In this document: positions 8,825-17,331 of the stretch, in pieces
Position numbering within the stretch: the first letter of the stretch is position 1
Layout of the letters: each line of letters begins with the position of its first letter
Source of the DNA: a virus
Lineage: Duplodnaviria > Caudoviricetes
Direction: 5' to 3' (one strand)
DNA length: 64,000 nt
Virus record (IMG/VR): IMGVR_UViG_3300050156_000143
Coordinates: 160,001-224,000 of that record
The notes under the pieces: generated by a model
What the model was told of the DNA's origin: nothing
Database searches by the model: none
The model's input: the letters and a program-made list of their open reading frames with translations, nothing else
Position numbers and translations under genes: made by a program

Positions 8825-9627
8825 AAGATGCTCTTGGCGACCGTATGAAAATGTACGAACAACGTGAGGCGCACCGGTTGTGCCCGTTGCTGCCCGTGAT
8901 TGCCAGAGTGGATGGACGGTCATTTCACAGCTTCACCAAAGGCATGAAACGCCCGTTTGACAAAGAATTCACCAATGCGATGATTGCGACTACCATCGGA
9001 CTGGTGAAGGAAACTGGCGCATGTATTGGCTACACCCAAAGTGACGAAATCACTTTGATTTGGCATTCAACTGACATCCGTAGTCAGATATGGTTTGATT
9101 GCCGTGTGCAAAAGATGGTCAGTCAACTTGGCGCACAAGCTACTCTTATGTTTTACCGAGAGTGTTTGGCCAATTTCCCCCAGTTTGCAGGCAGGATGCC
9201 AACCTTTGATGCGCGAGTGTGGTCTGTGCCGAATCAAACTGAGGCATGCAACGTTTTGTTGTGGCGCGAATGGGATGCAACAAAAAACAGCTTGACGATG
9301 GCTGCGAGTGAACATTTCAGCCACAAAGACCTGATGAATAAAAACAGCAAAGCCAAACATGACATGTTGCACAGCGTCGGGGTAAACTGGAATGATTACC
9401 CCGTGGCGTTTAAACGTGGCACATATGTTCAACGCATGGTGAAAGAACTTGCATACACCGCGTCGGAATTGTGTGCATTACCGCCAAAACATAAGGCGCG
9501 TAGTGATCCAACCATGAAGGTTATGCGGTCAGTGGTGGAAGCAATTGATATGCCGATTTTTAGCAAAGTGCTCAATAAAGATGCTGTTGTTTTTCTCGGT
9601 GCCAGCCCAATAACAGACGGAGCTTAA
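8821..9627 (+). CDS. thg1: tRNA(His) guanylyltransferase Thg1-like (3'-5' polymerase)
   Basis: LGDRMKMYE, ARVDGRSFHSFT, YTQSDEITL, FDARV, WREWDATKNS. Confidence 0.93.
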   Translation: MKDALGDRMKMYEQREAHRLCPLLPVIARVDGRSFHSFTKGMKRPFDKEFTNAMIATTIGLVKETGACIGYTQSDEITLIWHSTDIRSQIWFDCRVQKMVSQLGAQATLMFYRECLANFPQFAGRMPTFDARVWSVPNQTEACNVLLWREWDATKNSLTMAASEHFSHKDLMNKNSKAKHDMLHSVGVNWNDYPVAFKRGTYVQRMVKELAYTASELCALPPKHKARSDPTMKVMRSVVEAIDMPIFSKVLNKDAVVFLGASPITDGA

Positions 9628-9628
9628 C

Positions 9629-9967
9629 ATGATGAAAAGATACACCGATTTTGTGCTGACTGAAAATCATCTGAAACTCATTTCCAAATTTTATGTAGAT
9701 TGGGATGACGGTGGATATGACGGTGCTCCGACCATTAACGAAAAGCGCCCGTATGGCAACAGCGACGTTGTGACTGATATTGCAGAAATTCTCGGAGTGC
9801 AGATTGACGAGTCCGATGAAAGCTACGACGAACACAGTGCAAGTCTCTTGAAATTGCACCGTGAAACCGCAACTGCCCTACAAATTTGCTTGTGGACACG
9901 GTCGTTTGTCCCTGGCACGTACCGTTCAAGCGACATCTGCTTGCGAGCGTGGGAAAAAGTTGACTAA
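9629..9967 (+). CDS. conserved phage hypothetical protein
   Basis: PTINEKRPYGNSDVVTDIAEILG. Confidence 0.75.
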   Translation: MMKRYTDFVLTENHLKLISKFYVDWDDGGYDGAPTINEKRPYGNSDVVTDIAEILGVQIDESDESYDEHSASLLKLHRETATALQICLWTRSFVPGTYRSSDICLRAWEKVD

Positions 9968-9994
9968 AACAGTCTGAAATCAACCTTGGTGTGA

Positions 9995-10267
9995 TTGTGG
10001 TGCTACACTGTGTTCACCGCGTTAGAGCAGACAACCAAACGGAAACAACGCACGACCACCTTCCAATTCTATAGCATTAATATCACTAACCTGATCGCCG
10101 CCGATGGCGCACGGGTTATCAAGACGGTGTGTCCTTGGCAATTGACCACCGTCCCTGCTAACATTGACGATTGCGAACAACTTGCTATTCAATATCTGGA
10201 TGACAATTACGAGTACGATGTTAGTCAGGCGTGGGCAGAGACGATCTCGGGCGAAGACCACATTTGA
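9995..10267 (+). CDS. hypothetical protein (start uncertain)
   Basis: ORF fills the gap; extended -10 TGCTACACT at 10001 suggests a later start. Confidence 0.45.
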   Translation: MWCYTVFTALEQTTKRKQRTTTFQFYSINITNLIAADGARVIKTVCPWQLTTVPANIDDCEQLAIQYLDDNYEYDVSQAWAETISGEDHI

Positions 10268-10280
10268 CATTGGGGGTATT

Positions 10281-10523
10281 ATGTCTAAACCAGTTAAACC
10301 AGTTGCCACTCCGGTGGGATTAGAGTGGAAGCCGTGCCACCAGTGCAAGCATTTTGTCAACTATGACAAACAATTTGGCAGCAAAATGGTAACAGTTGGG
10401 AAACAATGTCTCGGAGACCCATCTGGAAAACGGTGGGATCCAATCGTCGCATCAAAAGATGGGCGCTGTGGCAGCAACCGAGTTTGGTGGGTGAAATCAA
10501 AAACAACCAGTAAAAGGAAATAA
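10281..10523 (+). CDS. small Cys-containing hypothetical protein
   Basis: GGGGG SD; CHQC...C...C. Confidence 0.65.
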   Translation: MSKPVKPVATPVGLEWKPCHQCKHFVNYDKQFGSKMVTVGKQCLGDPSGKRWDPIVASKDGRCGSNRVWWVKSKTTSKRK

Positions 10524-10529
10524 TCAATC

Positions 10530-11096
10530 TTGACCAAAACGCGAGTAATTAATTTATATGGTGGCCCAGGAACTGGAAAATCCACAACTGCGGCCCAGCT
10601 TTTTTCCACCTTGAAACTCATGGGTGTAAATTGCGAATACGTGCAAGAATACGCCAAAGATTTAGCGTGGGAGCACAATGGAAATCACGGTTTTGTGCCG
10701 TTGGCGCTGCGAGCGAGCGAAAACGTATTTGCCCAGCAGCACTACCGGATGCGTCGATGTGTGGGTCACGTTGATCTCATTGTCACCGATAGTCCTTTGT
10801 TGCTGGGTTTGGCTTACATTGACGACAAATTTGAGTTACCATCCTTACGTAACGTGATCAAAGAAGCGTATAGTTTATACGACAATTTCGATGTGTTCTT
10901 GAACCGCGTAAAGCCGTATAATCCACATGGTAGGTTTCAAGATGAACAAGATGCAAAACATCTTGATGGCAAAATAAAAACAATTTTGACGGGGCATAAT
11001 GCGTGTCACCATGTGGTTGACGCCGATAAACACGCTGCTGATAGAATTGTAGAAATTTTGAATACACGATGGTTTGGCACCGGCAAATCACAGTAA
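10530..11096 (+). CDS. P-loop NTPase, NadR/Ttd14-like AAA (nucleotide kinase fold)
   Basis: RVINLYGGPGTGKST, EYAKDL, IVTDSPLLL, R.QDE. Confidence 0.8.
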   Translation: MTKTRVINLYGGPGTGKSTTAAQLFSTLKLMGVNCEYVQEYAKDLAWEHNGNHGFVPLALRASENVFAQQHYRMRRCVGHVDLIVTDSPLLLGLAYIDDKFELPSLRNVIKEAYSLYDNFDVFLNRVKPYNPHGRFQDEQDAKHLDGKIKTILTGHNACHHVVDADKHAADRIVEILNTRWFGTGKSQ

Positions 11097-11106
11097 ATAA
11101 TAACTT

Positions 11107-11183
11107 CGGAGTATAGCGCAGTTTGGTAGCGCATCTGCTTTGGGAGCAGAGGGTCGTAAGTTCGAGTCTTACTATTCCGACCA
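11107..11183 (+). tRNA. tRNA-Pro(TGG)
   Basis: TCTGC-TTTGGGA-GCAGA anticodon arm, TTCGAGT T-loop, CCA; TAAATA at 11094. Confidence 0.95.
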
Positions 11184-11191
11184 GTTTGATA

Positions 11192-11267
11192 TGGAACATA
11201 GCTCAGTCGGTAGAGCAACGGACTTTTAATCCGTGGGTCATGGGTTCGATCCCCATTGTTCCAACCA
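11192..11267 (+). tRNA. tRNA-Lys(TTT)
   Basis: ACGGA-CTTTTAA-TCCGT, TTCGA, CCA. Confidence 0.95.
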
Positions 11268-11274
11268 AGGTTTT

Positions 11275-11363
11275 GCGCGAGTGGTGGAATTGGTGGACAC
11301 ACTTGGTTTAAGCCCAAATGCTCTTGATTGAGCGTAAGAGTTCGAGTCTCTTCTCGCGCACCA
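11275..11363 (+). tRNA. tRNA-Leu(TAA)
   Basis: TTGG-TTTAAGC-CCAA, long variable arm, CCA. Confidence 0.9.
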
Positions 11364-11371
11364 AAATATAG

Positions 11372-11450
11372 GCTGAATTAGCTCAGTTGTTGGCAGAGCG
11401 CCAGTGCTGTAAACTGGAGGTCATCTGTTCGAGTCAGATATTCAGCACCA
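11372..11450 (+). tRNA. atypical tRNA-Thr(TGT) with G32/C33
   Basis: GCTGAAT/ATTCAGC acceptor; CCAGT-GCTGTAA-ACTGG; G1-C72, C2-G71 fit Thr. Confidence 0.75.
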
Positions 11451-11457
11451 ACATTCT

Positions 11458-11545
11458 GGAAACATGGGGGAGTGGTTTAACCCAACAGTCTTGAAAACTG
11501 TCAAAGAGCAATCTTTCGTGAGTTCAAATCTCACTGTTTCCGCCA
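11458..11545 (+). tRNA. tRNA-Ser(TGA)
   Basis: ACAGT-CTTGAAA-ACTGT, long variable arm, G73, CCA. Confidence 0.93.
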
Positions 11546-11558
11546 CTTTTTTACAACG

Positions 11559-12320
11559 ATGGAGTTTATGATGGAAAACGTGTTTTTACTCGCTTTCACC
11601 CCGGTGATTGCTATGAGTTGGATATATCTTGCTGGACTAACGGCAGTGTTGTTACTAAATGCGTGGGCGTATGATTCCGATAATTATGGGATTACTTTTA
11701 TTACTGGACTGCTACTCATGGCAGGTGTCTTTTACCCCGTTGTCACCCAGGGCAATCTCACCTTCATGACCGGTGTTTGGGCATTCTGTGTGTTCTTGGG
11801 GAAATGGATGGTAGTTGGGTGTGCGGTTTCATTGGTGAAACTGTTGGTGGAATTGTCTACTCAACGAGATCAATTAGTGGCAGCGTGGGAAAAGTTTGTG
11901 CTCATCATGGCCCGAGACTATGTGAGTCTATCTGACCCCAACGGTGAATGTACGGTTGGTGATGTTTATCGCAACGTTGAACTCGCAAAATCCGAACAAG
12001 CTGGTCGTGCGACTTTTGATCCAATCACCATTCGCACTTCGTTGTTGCGCATATTCGACCTGAACTACGTGCAATCATCGGTCAAGTTTTTCACCCTGGT
12101 GGCACTAAACGATTCCGCAGCTCCACTGGTGAAAATGAATCGTGGAGAAATCGGAGAGCGTTTCAGTCTGTGGGCCACTTTGTGGCCGTCAGTTGTGATT
12201 GATCTTGTGTTTGGCAAATTGCTCTCAAAATTGTTCAACATGTTATCCACCGTGGTATCCAAGATTTCCCAATGGTATAGCTCGTGGTTGTTCAAGGGAG
12301 TATTCAATGTTAAAGACTGA
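11559..12320 (+). CDS. multi-pass membrane protein
   Basis: Three to four hydrophobic N-terminal segments and one C-terminal. Confidence 0.75.
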   Translation: MEFMMENVFLLAFTPVIAMSWIYLAGLTAVLLLNAWAYDSDNYGITFITGLLLMAGVFYPVVTQGNLTFMTGVWAFCVFLGKWMVVGCAVSLVKLLVELSTQRDQLVAAWEKFVLIMARDYVSLSDPNGECTVGDVYRNVELAKSEQAGRATFDPITIRTSLLRIFDLNYVQSSVKFFTLVALNDSAAPLVKMNRGEIGERFSLWATLWPSVVIDLVFGKLLSKLFNMLSTVVSKISQWYSSWLFKGVFNVKD

Positions 12321-12960
12321 TCTGGTAGCATATAACGAGATTGTGGCGAAACTATCACCATATCTTCAGAAGTATGCAACGATCGAGGGCAACACTGATC
12401 CGTTGGTAATCACAAGTGGGTGCGTACTATTAACTTCCTTCATCGAATGGTTGGACAATCCTGAACAATGGGCTGGCGCATGGACAACCGCCGACAGCTC
12501 ATATGTTTGGTGTCAGGTCTCCAATTATGAACGATGCTGGGATTTGAAATCGATCGCGGAAACCATTGCCGAATATGAGCGATATGCACGGTATTCGATT
12601 CACAACATTCCCATCCACTTTTTGGACATGGTGCAAAAAACCGTTAAACATCATGGGTTAGAATCTGGGGTATCCAGTGTGACCGCTGGTGAACTGAATT
12701 CGATCATGAAACTGATGGGGAAATTTGATTTAGAAAATTGGGAGGACAACAGACGTGCAACATTAGCCGCAATGATGTCCGATCTGCATGGTTATCCAAC
12801 AGTGGAAAATCCCGTTAAGATATACTTGGCAGGCACCGACGATTGTTCATGGACATTATGTGTTGAAACTGTTGAGATCGCGGATAAAATCGTGACTGAC
12901 CTGATTCAATGCGCCACTTGGGCAAAATTGCACGAATATGGATTTGTTTTTACAAATTGA
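12307..12960 (+). CDS. hypothetical protein
   Basis: AGGGAG SD before ATG 12307; YLAGTDDCSW motif near C-terminus. Confidence 0.7.
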   Translation: MLKTDLVAYNEIVAKLSPYLQKYATIEGNTDPLVITSGCVLLTSFIEWLDNPEQWAGAWTTADSSYVWCQVSNYERCWDLKSIAETIAEYERYARYSIHNIPIHFLDMVQKTVKHHGLESGVSSVTAGELNSIMKLMGKFDLENWEDNRRATLAAMMSDLHGYPTVENPVKIYLAGTDDCSWTLCVETVEIADKIVTDLIQCATWAKLHEYGFVFTN

Positions 12961-12980
12961 GCGCTAACTGGGGAGGTAGC

Positions 12981-13337
12981 ATGGCTGATTACACGAAGTT
13001 CAGATTGCGAGTCACTTTGCGCCACGATGCTCCCCAGGATGTCATTACGACGATCGCCTACGCTGTTAAACACGGTAAGTTCAAGTTTGATAAATCTGGG
13101 CATCCATTGTTCGCGCATCCTGCTTGTGACAGTTTGTTACGTTGCAGTAGGATATTTGTTCCCAAATCTGGTGTGTTGCACTTGGCTCACCAAGACGGAA
13201 TCAAAGATGCACGTCTGCTTCAGTTGCTGATAAAATGGCTATCACCACATCTTTATGAAGTCCCAGGAACATTGATTGGGGTATGTCAGAACCAAGTTGA
13301 CATGAGACACACAGCCTCGTTCGTGCTTGGACAGTAA
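12981..13337 (+). CDS. hypothetical protein
   Basis: GGAGG SD before ATG 12981. Confidence 0.75.
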   Translation: MADYTKFRLRVTLRHDAPQDVITTIAYAVKHGKFKFDKSGHPLFAHPACDSLLRCSRIFVPKSGVLHLAHQDGIKDARLLQLLIKWLSPHLYEVPGTLIGVCQNQVDMRHTASFVLGQ

Positions 13338-13373
13338 ATTTTCAGAAATTTCGTAGCAAAATGGCCAACGTGG

Positions 13374-13382
13374 TGCTACAAT
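13374..13382 (+). promoter_or_regulatory. extended -10 promoter for the second tRNA cluster
   Basis: TGCTACAAT 11 nt upstream of tRNA(CAT); related TGCTAYANT at 3717, 5758, 10001, 16445, 48619. Confidence 0.6.
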
Positions 13383-13393
13383 AAGTTTTTACG

Positions 13394-13473
13394 GGGTGGC
13401 AAGCCAACATGGTTGCGGCGGCGAATTCATAATTCGTGTTCATTACCCGGTTCGAGTCCGGGGCCACTCACCA
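13394..13473 (+). tRNA. tRNA with CAT anticodon (Met or lysidine-modified Ile2)
   Basis: GGGTGGC/GCCACTC acceptor, GCGAA-TTCATAA-TTCGT, 8-nt variable region, CCA. Confidence 0.85.
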
Positions 13474-13481
13474 GAATATAT

Positions 13482-13560
13482 GCGGGTAGACAAGTGCAAA
13501 GGGCGCACAACTGATTTCCAATCAGTAGATCGCAGGGTTCGATTCCCTCTACCCGCTCCA
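13482..13560 (+). tRNA. tRNA-Gly(TCC)
   Basis: ACTGA-TTTCCAA-TCAGT, U73, CCA. Confidence 0.92.
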
Positions 13561-13566
13561 TGATTT

Positions 13567-13661
13567 CTGCCCTTAGTTCAATGGATAGAACAACTGCCTT
13601 CTAAGCAGCATTAGATCAAACTATGGTCAAGGTGTCGGTTCGAGTCCGGCAGGGCAGGCCA
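13567..13661 (+). tRNA. tRNA-Arg(TCT) with long (24 nt) variable region
   Basis: CTGCCCT/AGGGCAG acceptor, CTGC-CTTCTAA-GCAG, extra hairpin GATCA-AACTA-TGGTC, CCA. Confidence 0.85.
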
Positions 13662-13667
13662 ATAATG

Positions 13668-13706
13668 AATACCACAGCGGCAGCAATGTTCCTGTGGTAT
13701 TTTTTT
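13668..13706 (+). terminator. terminator after tRNA cluster 2
   Basis: AATACCACAG...CTGTGGTATT followed by a T-run. Confidence 0.75.
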
Positions 13707-13723
13707 ACTCACAGGAGATCAAT

Positions 13724-13927
13724 GTGAAGCTCACGTTGCCAGGAAACATTCACAACCATTTGGTGATCAACAAGTTGTTGACTGTCTATTCTGAGAATTT
13801 CATGGAACCGCCGTGGCTCCAGTATTACCCGCCGACGATGGACAATGATGGCAAAGAAACAATCAAGTTGACTTTCACTCATGATTCAGATTTGGTTTAC
13901 TTCAGCCTAATTTACAATGGCCAGTAG
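13724..13927 (+). CDS. small hypothetical protein (C-terminal D-x-F-x-L family)
   Basis: CAGGAG SD before GTG; ends LTFTHDSDLVYFSLIYNGQ. Confidence 0.65.
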   Translation: MKLTLPGNIHNHLVINKLLTVYSENFMEPPWLQYYPPTMDNDGKETIKLTFTHDSDLVYFSLIYNGQ

Positions 13928-13933
13928 AACGTT

Positions 13934-13958
13934 AAAAAGCCCTCCTAGGAGGGCTTTT
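13934..13958. terminator. intrinsic terminator (CCTAGG family)
   Basis: AAAAAGCCCTCCTAGGAGGGCTTTT. Confidence 0.8.
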
Positions 13959-14261
13959 CTGTGTCAAAATAGTCCAGGTTCCACAGAGTCTGGATCAAAG
14001 TTATTCTCACTGTTTGCTCTAAGTTTCGCCAACTCCTTGCAAGTCAACGTGAAATGACTCGGGAGGGGCAACGGTGGGGGAGGCTTTGGTTTACTCCACG
14101 GATACGGCCCATGTGGGTTCCATTCCTGTTTGATGCGTGTTTTCTTAGCACGTGGTTTCACAATGTTTCCCCAAGGTGGGTTGCTCAATTGCTATGATAA
14201 TAGCATACATATTCCTCAATATTTTAATCCATAGTTCAGGCTATGGTCTTTCCCACACATC

Positions 14262-14558
14262 ATGATCCATCAGTTACCAAGAGACCATCACGTAGACTTT
14301 GAACTTTCACCGTGGGAAACCACTGTGATAAACATCACTTCACAACAGTTGGAACGTGTGGCGAACTTTAGGAGAAAGTCAATGACCAAACTTCCAGATC
14401 AGATCAGGAAATGCTCGGTTGAAGTGGTTCAGTCATGGTATTCAGAATCGTTTCCAATTTGGTTCGACCATGCAATCCCAGCTTTTAGATACCGAATTGC
14501 CACCGAATCCGATATTGACCAAAATTGTGAAACGGCTATCAGTATGATGTTTAGTTAA
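14262..14558 (+). CDS. hypothetical protein
   Basis: 98 aa ORF. Confidence 0.6.
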   Translation: MIHQLPRDHHVDFELSPWETTVINITSQQLERVANFRRKSMTKLPDQIRKCSVEVVQSWYSESFPIWFDHAIPAFRYRIATESDIDQNCETAISMMFS

Positions 14559-14565
14559 ATACCGG

Positions 14566-15315
14566 ATGAAAGCTCGTGAGTTTATGAATGAAATGGCAGT
14601 TCCATCCGACGATTTGCGGATGAAAACTTTCTACCACGGAACCACCACTATGGAAGTCGCAGAATCCATCTGGGTCAAAGGATTGGATTCTAAGAACACC
14701 GATGTGAAATATGGCAAGAGCAACGCACATTTGCGCCCTGCGACCGGTAGAGTTTATGTTACACCCGATTTAGCATATGCAGGGATGTATGCCATAGGCG
14801 GTGATGTTTATGGATCGAAATCCCCCAGAATGACAGGGCGGACGGCTGGATACATATTAGAATTCACCGGGGATCAACTCGGGGACGTGTTGCCGGACGA
14901 GGATATGGTGGGGAACATTATCGGGGTGTACCTATCCAAATCAGGATACGGCAAACAACGCTGGCCAGAAGTGTTCACTGATGAAATTGTGTCCAAATGG
15001 GCACACTATGTTGTGACAAAGTTTTCCCCGAATACAGTTAGAAAGTTGATGGGTGGTGAGTATTCGTGGTACGCCAAGGTTGGTAAACACGTTATGGAAC
15101 GCTTACCACAAAATGATGCTATAAGATTTATCAATCTTGGCAAACACATAGCCAACGCTGGCATTATGATGCCATGCAAAATGTACCAAATTTCATTATC
15201 CGACATCCCAAACATCACACGTGATGGGAGCAACTTGCGTCAATACCTGAAATTAATCAAACGCCGAGTCACAAAACCAAAACATTTTGGAATCCAACAT
15301 CAACTACCATTGTAG
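14566..15315 (+). CDS. ADP-ribosyltransferase-fold protein, late gene
   Basis: FYHGT...SI..KGL...RVYVTPD..YA..YA; TAAATA (14556)-N4-ATG; starts MKAREF. Confidence 0.65.
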   Translation: MKAREFMNEMAVPSDDLRMKTFYHGTTTMEVAESIWVKGLDSKNTDVKYGKSNAHLRPATGRVYVTPDLAYAGMYAIGGDVYGSKSPRMTGRTAGYILEFTGDQLGDVLPDEDMVGNIIGVYLSKSGYGKQRWPEVFTDEIVSKWAHYVVTKFSPNTVRKLMGGEYSWYAKVGKHVMERLPQNDAIRFINLGKHIANAGIMMPCKMYQISLSDIPNITRDGSNLRQYLKLIKRRVTKPKHFGIQHQLPL

Positions 15316-15529
15316 ACATCTCGTGAAAAACCATGAATGGACAACGTTGCCAATCTTGCAACGCAGGGTGTTTGGCATATGCGGGGCCACTGATGTGGAT
15401 GTAAAACAGTTGTGTGTTTCATACGGACTAGATTATCACTGGTCGGATATCACAGGGGTTCATCTGATGAGCTACCCATTGCCCCATCGCCCAGACATTG
15501 AATTGGCAGTAACCTTGATATTTAACTGA
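15287..15529 (+). CDS. hypothetical protein (start uncertain)
   Basis: ORF abutting next ATG. Confidence 0.5.
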   Translation: MESNINYHCRHLVKNHEWTTLPILQRRVFGICGATDVDVKQLCVSYGLDYHWSDITGVHLMSYPLPHRPDIELAVTLIFN

Positions 15530-15530
15530 C

Positions 15531-15707
15531 ATGAAATTTTATCAACACGTGATTAACTCGGTCAGGCGAGGTGAATGGCACATTGGTATAGAATCTCGGA
15601 AAACCTGGCCACATAAGCCGTATTTTGAGTTCACCCATTGTTATTACGATGGATACCACTGGTGTCTGCATCTTTGGTGGTTTTATATCGGCAAATCGTA
15701 CTATTAA
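15531..15707 (+). CDS. small aromatic-rich protein (58 aa)
   Basis: MKFYQHV...KPYFEFTHCYYDGYHWCLHLWWFYIGKSYY; tiles exactly between neighbours. Confidence 0.55.
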   Translation: MKFYQHVINSVRRGEWHIGIESRKTWPHKPYFEFTHCYYDGYHWCLHLWWFYIGKSYY

Positions 15708-15708
15708 A

Positions 15709-16443
15709 ATGTATTCCAACATTCTAGACAAAATTCCGCCGTATATAGCGGCCATTGTTCCTCACCATGTACGCAATCTTGCCGCCAATTTGTCAAAACT
15801 TGGGGAATTTTGTGGGCTAAGTTTTGGCGAGCCACTCATCACACGAGTGACTACCCAAAACGGTGACTATTATACCCAGATTGAAGATCACGTTTCCCCA
15901 ACCAATCCAGTTAAATTTTGGTACGATGATGAAACGGATTATTTTCCTCAATTTGCCAAACACATCACGGAACGGATTTTGAGGCAAGTATCGGATCATG
16001 AAAAATACCCAGCTAAAGAATACTTAGGCATATATGGGCATATTATCCGTGGTGTTAACAGAATTGGGATGTCCACTAGAACACAGCATGCTTCCCATAT
16101 TATGACAAACCGGGCTGGACTATTCGTGTTGTCTCACCATCCTGATTTGAGTACATTGGAGTATCGAGGCGTGGATGAATGCACGCCAAACGACATCGTG
16201 ACTTCCAATTTTGGATCACAATCTCCTCTGTGTGGCGTTAAAGTGATCTTTAACCAATATATGCAAAATGAATACCCGGTGTTTGTTATGATGCTAAATC
16301 GTTCACCCACGTGGGCGGCGACCCTGAATATACACAAACCTCTGGATCAAATTGACGGAAAGTGGTACACGGAATATTCACTAGACTTTCCGGCATTTTG
16401 TAGAAGATACGCTCTCAATATGCTAACCATGACCGAGTGCTGA
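15709..16443 (+). CDS. hypothetical protein
   Basis: ATG 1 nt after the upstream TAA; in frame with ORF 15625. Confidence 0.7.
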   Translation: MYSNILDKIPPYIAAIVPHHVRNLAANLSKLGEFCGLSFGEPLITRVTTQNGDYYTQIEDHVSPTNPVKFWYDDETDYFPQFAKHITERILRQVSDHEKYPAKEYLGIYGHIIRGVNRIGMSTRTQHASHIMTNRAGLFVLSHHPDLSTLEYRGVDECTPNDIVTSNFGSQSPLCGVKVIFNQYMQNEYPVFVMMLNRSPTWAATLNIHKPLDQIDGKWYTEYSLDFPAFCRRYALNMLTMTEC

Positions 16444-16459
16444 CTGCTATAATCAGTGA

Positions 16460-17314
16460 ATGAATCACGAAAAACTCACTGATTACCTAGCAGAAGATAA
16501 GTCCACAGTTAAGACAATTGTGGGACACGATGCTGGACACGTTGTCTCCACCCGCTCTGATGTTGAGACTATTTCGTTGGCCTGTGTGCGGGAATTAATC
16601 TCTCTTCGTCGAATGATGGGGGTTCAGCCAATAACACCAACACAAGATGAAGTCTACATTCGTTCCACCCGTGCATTTTACAGTTGTGCCCCTAATATGC
16701 ACACGCACACCCTTCATCGTGAACTGTCGGATTCGCCGACGCGGGAAGTAAAACGCCTGGCATCATCACTGAAATTGACTTCGGTCACTATGCCAGCAGC
16801 AATTGCCAAGACTATTACATCCCCGGTGATTGACACTGTGTTAGAAACGATGGATCAACTCAGTAACGAACATCACATCCAGTTGGAAACGGTTCGCTCT
16901 ACCAGTCTAAGCCGATATCGTTCAGTGATCGAAGAACTTGCACACAAAGTTGACGCAAACTTCATATTGACTGACAAAGTGGGGCTATCGGTGCTCACAG
17001 ATTCCTTCAGATTTAATCCCATTGGTGGCACTCGCAAAACCCGAATTCAGCCACGTGGAAACATCAACATGGGGCCAACTGGGACATTTGCAGTTTATGT
17101 TGACACTGCTAGTGAAAATTGCGCCAATGTGCAATTCATTTTTGGCAACAAGGGGTCAGATGATTATGATGTTGGCATCGTATTCGCACCGCAAAATCTA
17201 TTCACCTTCGGATCGGATGATCTGTACTCCACTACTACCACCCGCTTCGGCATTTTGAGTAACAATGATGGTGGATATTTTAGCAAATTGTCTATTGGCA
17301 ACATTGAAACTTAA
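16460..17314 (+). CDS. degenerate T4 gp23-like major capsid homologue (1)
   Basis: MMGVQPIT..., GTFAVYVD...FIFGNKGSDDYDVGIVFAP...TTRFGI parallel gp23 motifs; TGCTATAAT at 16445. Confidence 0.65.
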   Translation: MNHEKLTDYLAEDKSTVKTIVGHDAGHVVSTRSDVETISLACVRELISLRRMMGVQPITPTQDEVYIRSTRAFYSCAPNMHTHTLHRELSDSPTREVKRLASSLKLTSVTMPAAIAKTITSPVIDTVLETMDQLSNEHHIQLETVRSTSLSRYRSVIEELAHKVDANFILTDKVGLSVLTDSFRFNPIGGTRKTRIQPRGNINMGPTGTFAVYVDTASENCANVQFIFGNKGSDDYDVGIVFAPQNLFTFGSDDLYSTTTTRFGILSNNDGGYFSKLSIGNIET

Positions 17315-17331
17315 CTTTAAGGAACATTTTT

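Noticed and set aside
11100-13700. tRNA-His as the Thg1 substrate
   Set aside because: No GTG-anticodon tRNA in the window; the G before tRNA-Thr (11371) is not evidence of His identity
13964-14188. Minus-strand Pro-rich ORF (MSNPPWG...)
   Set aside because: TTG start lies out of frame with the only good SD/ATG; no motif; possible but unsupported
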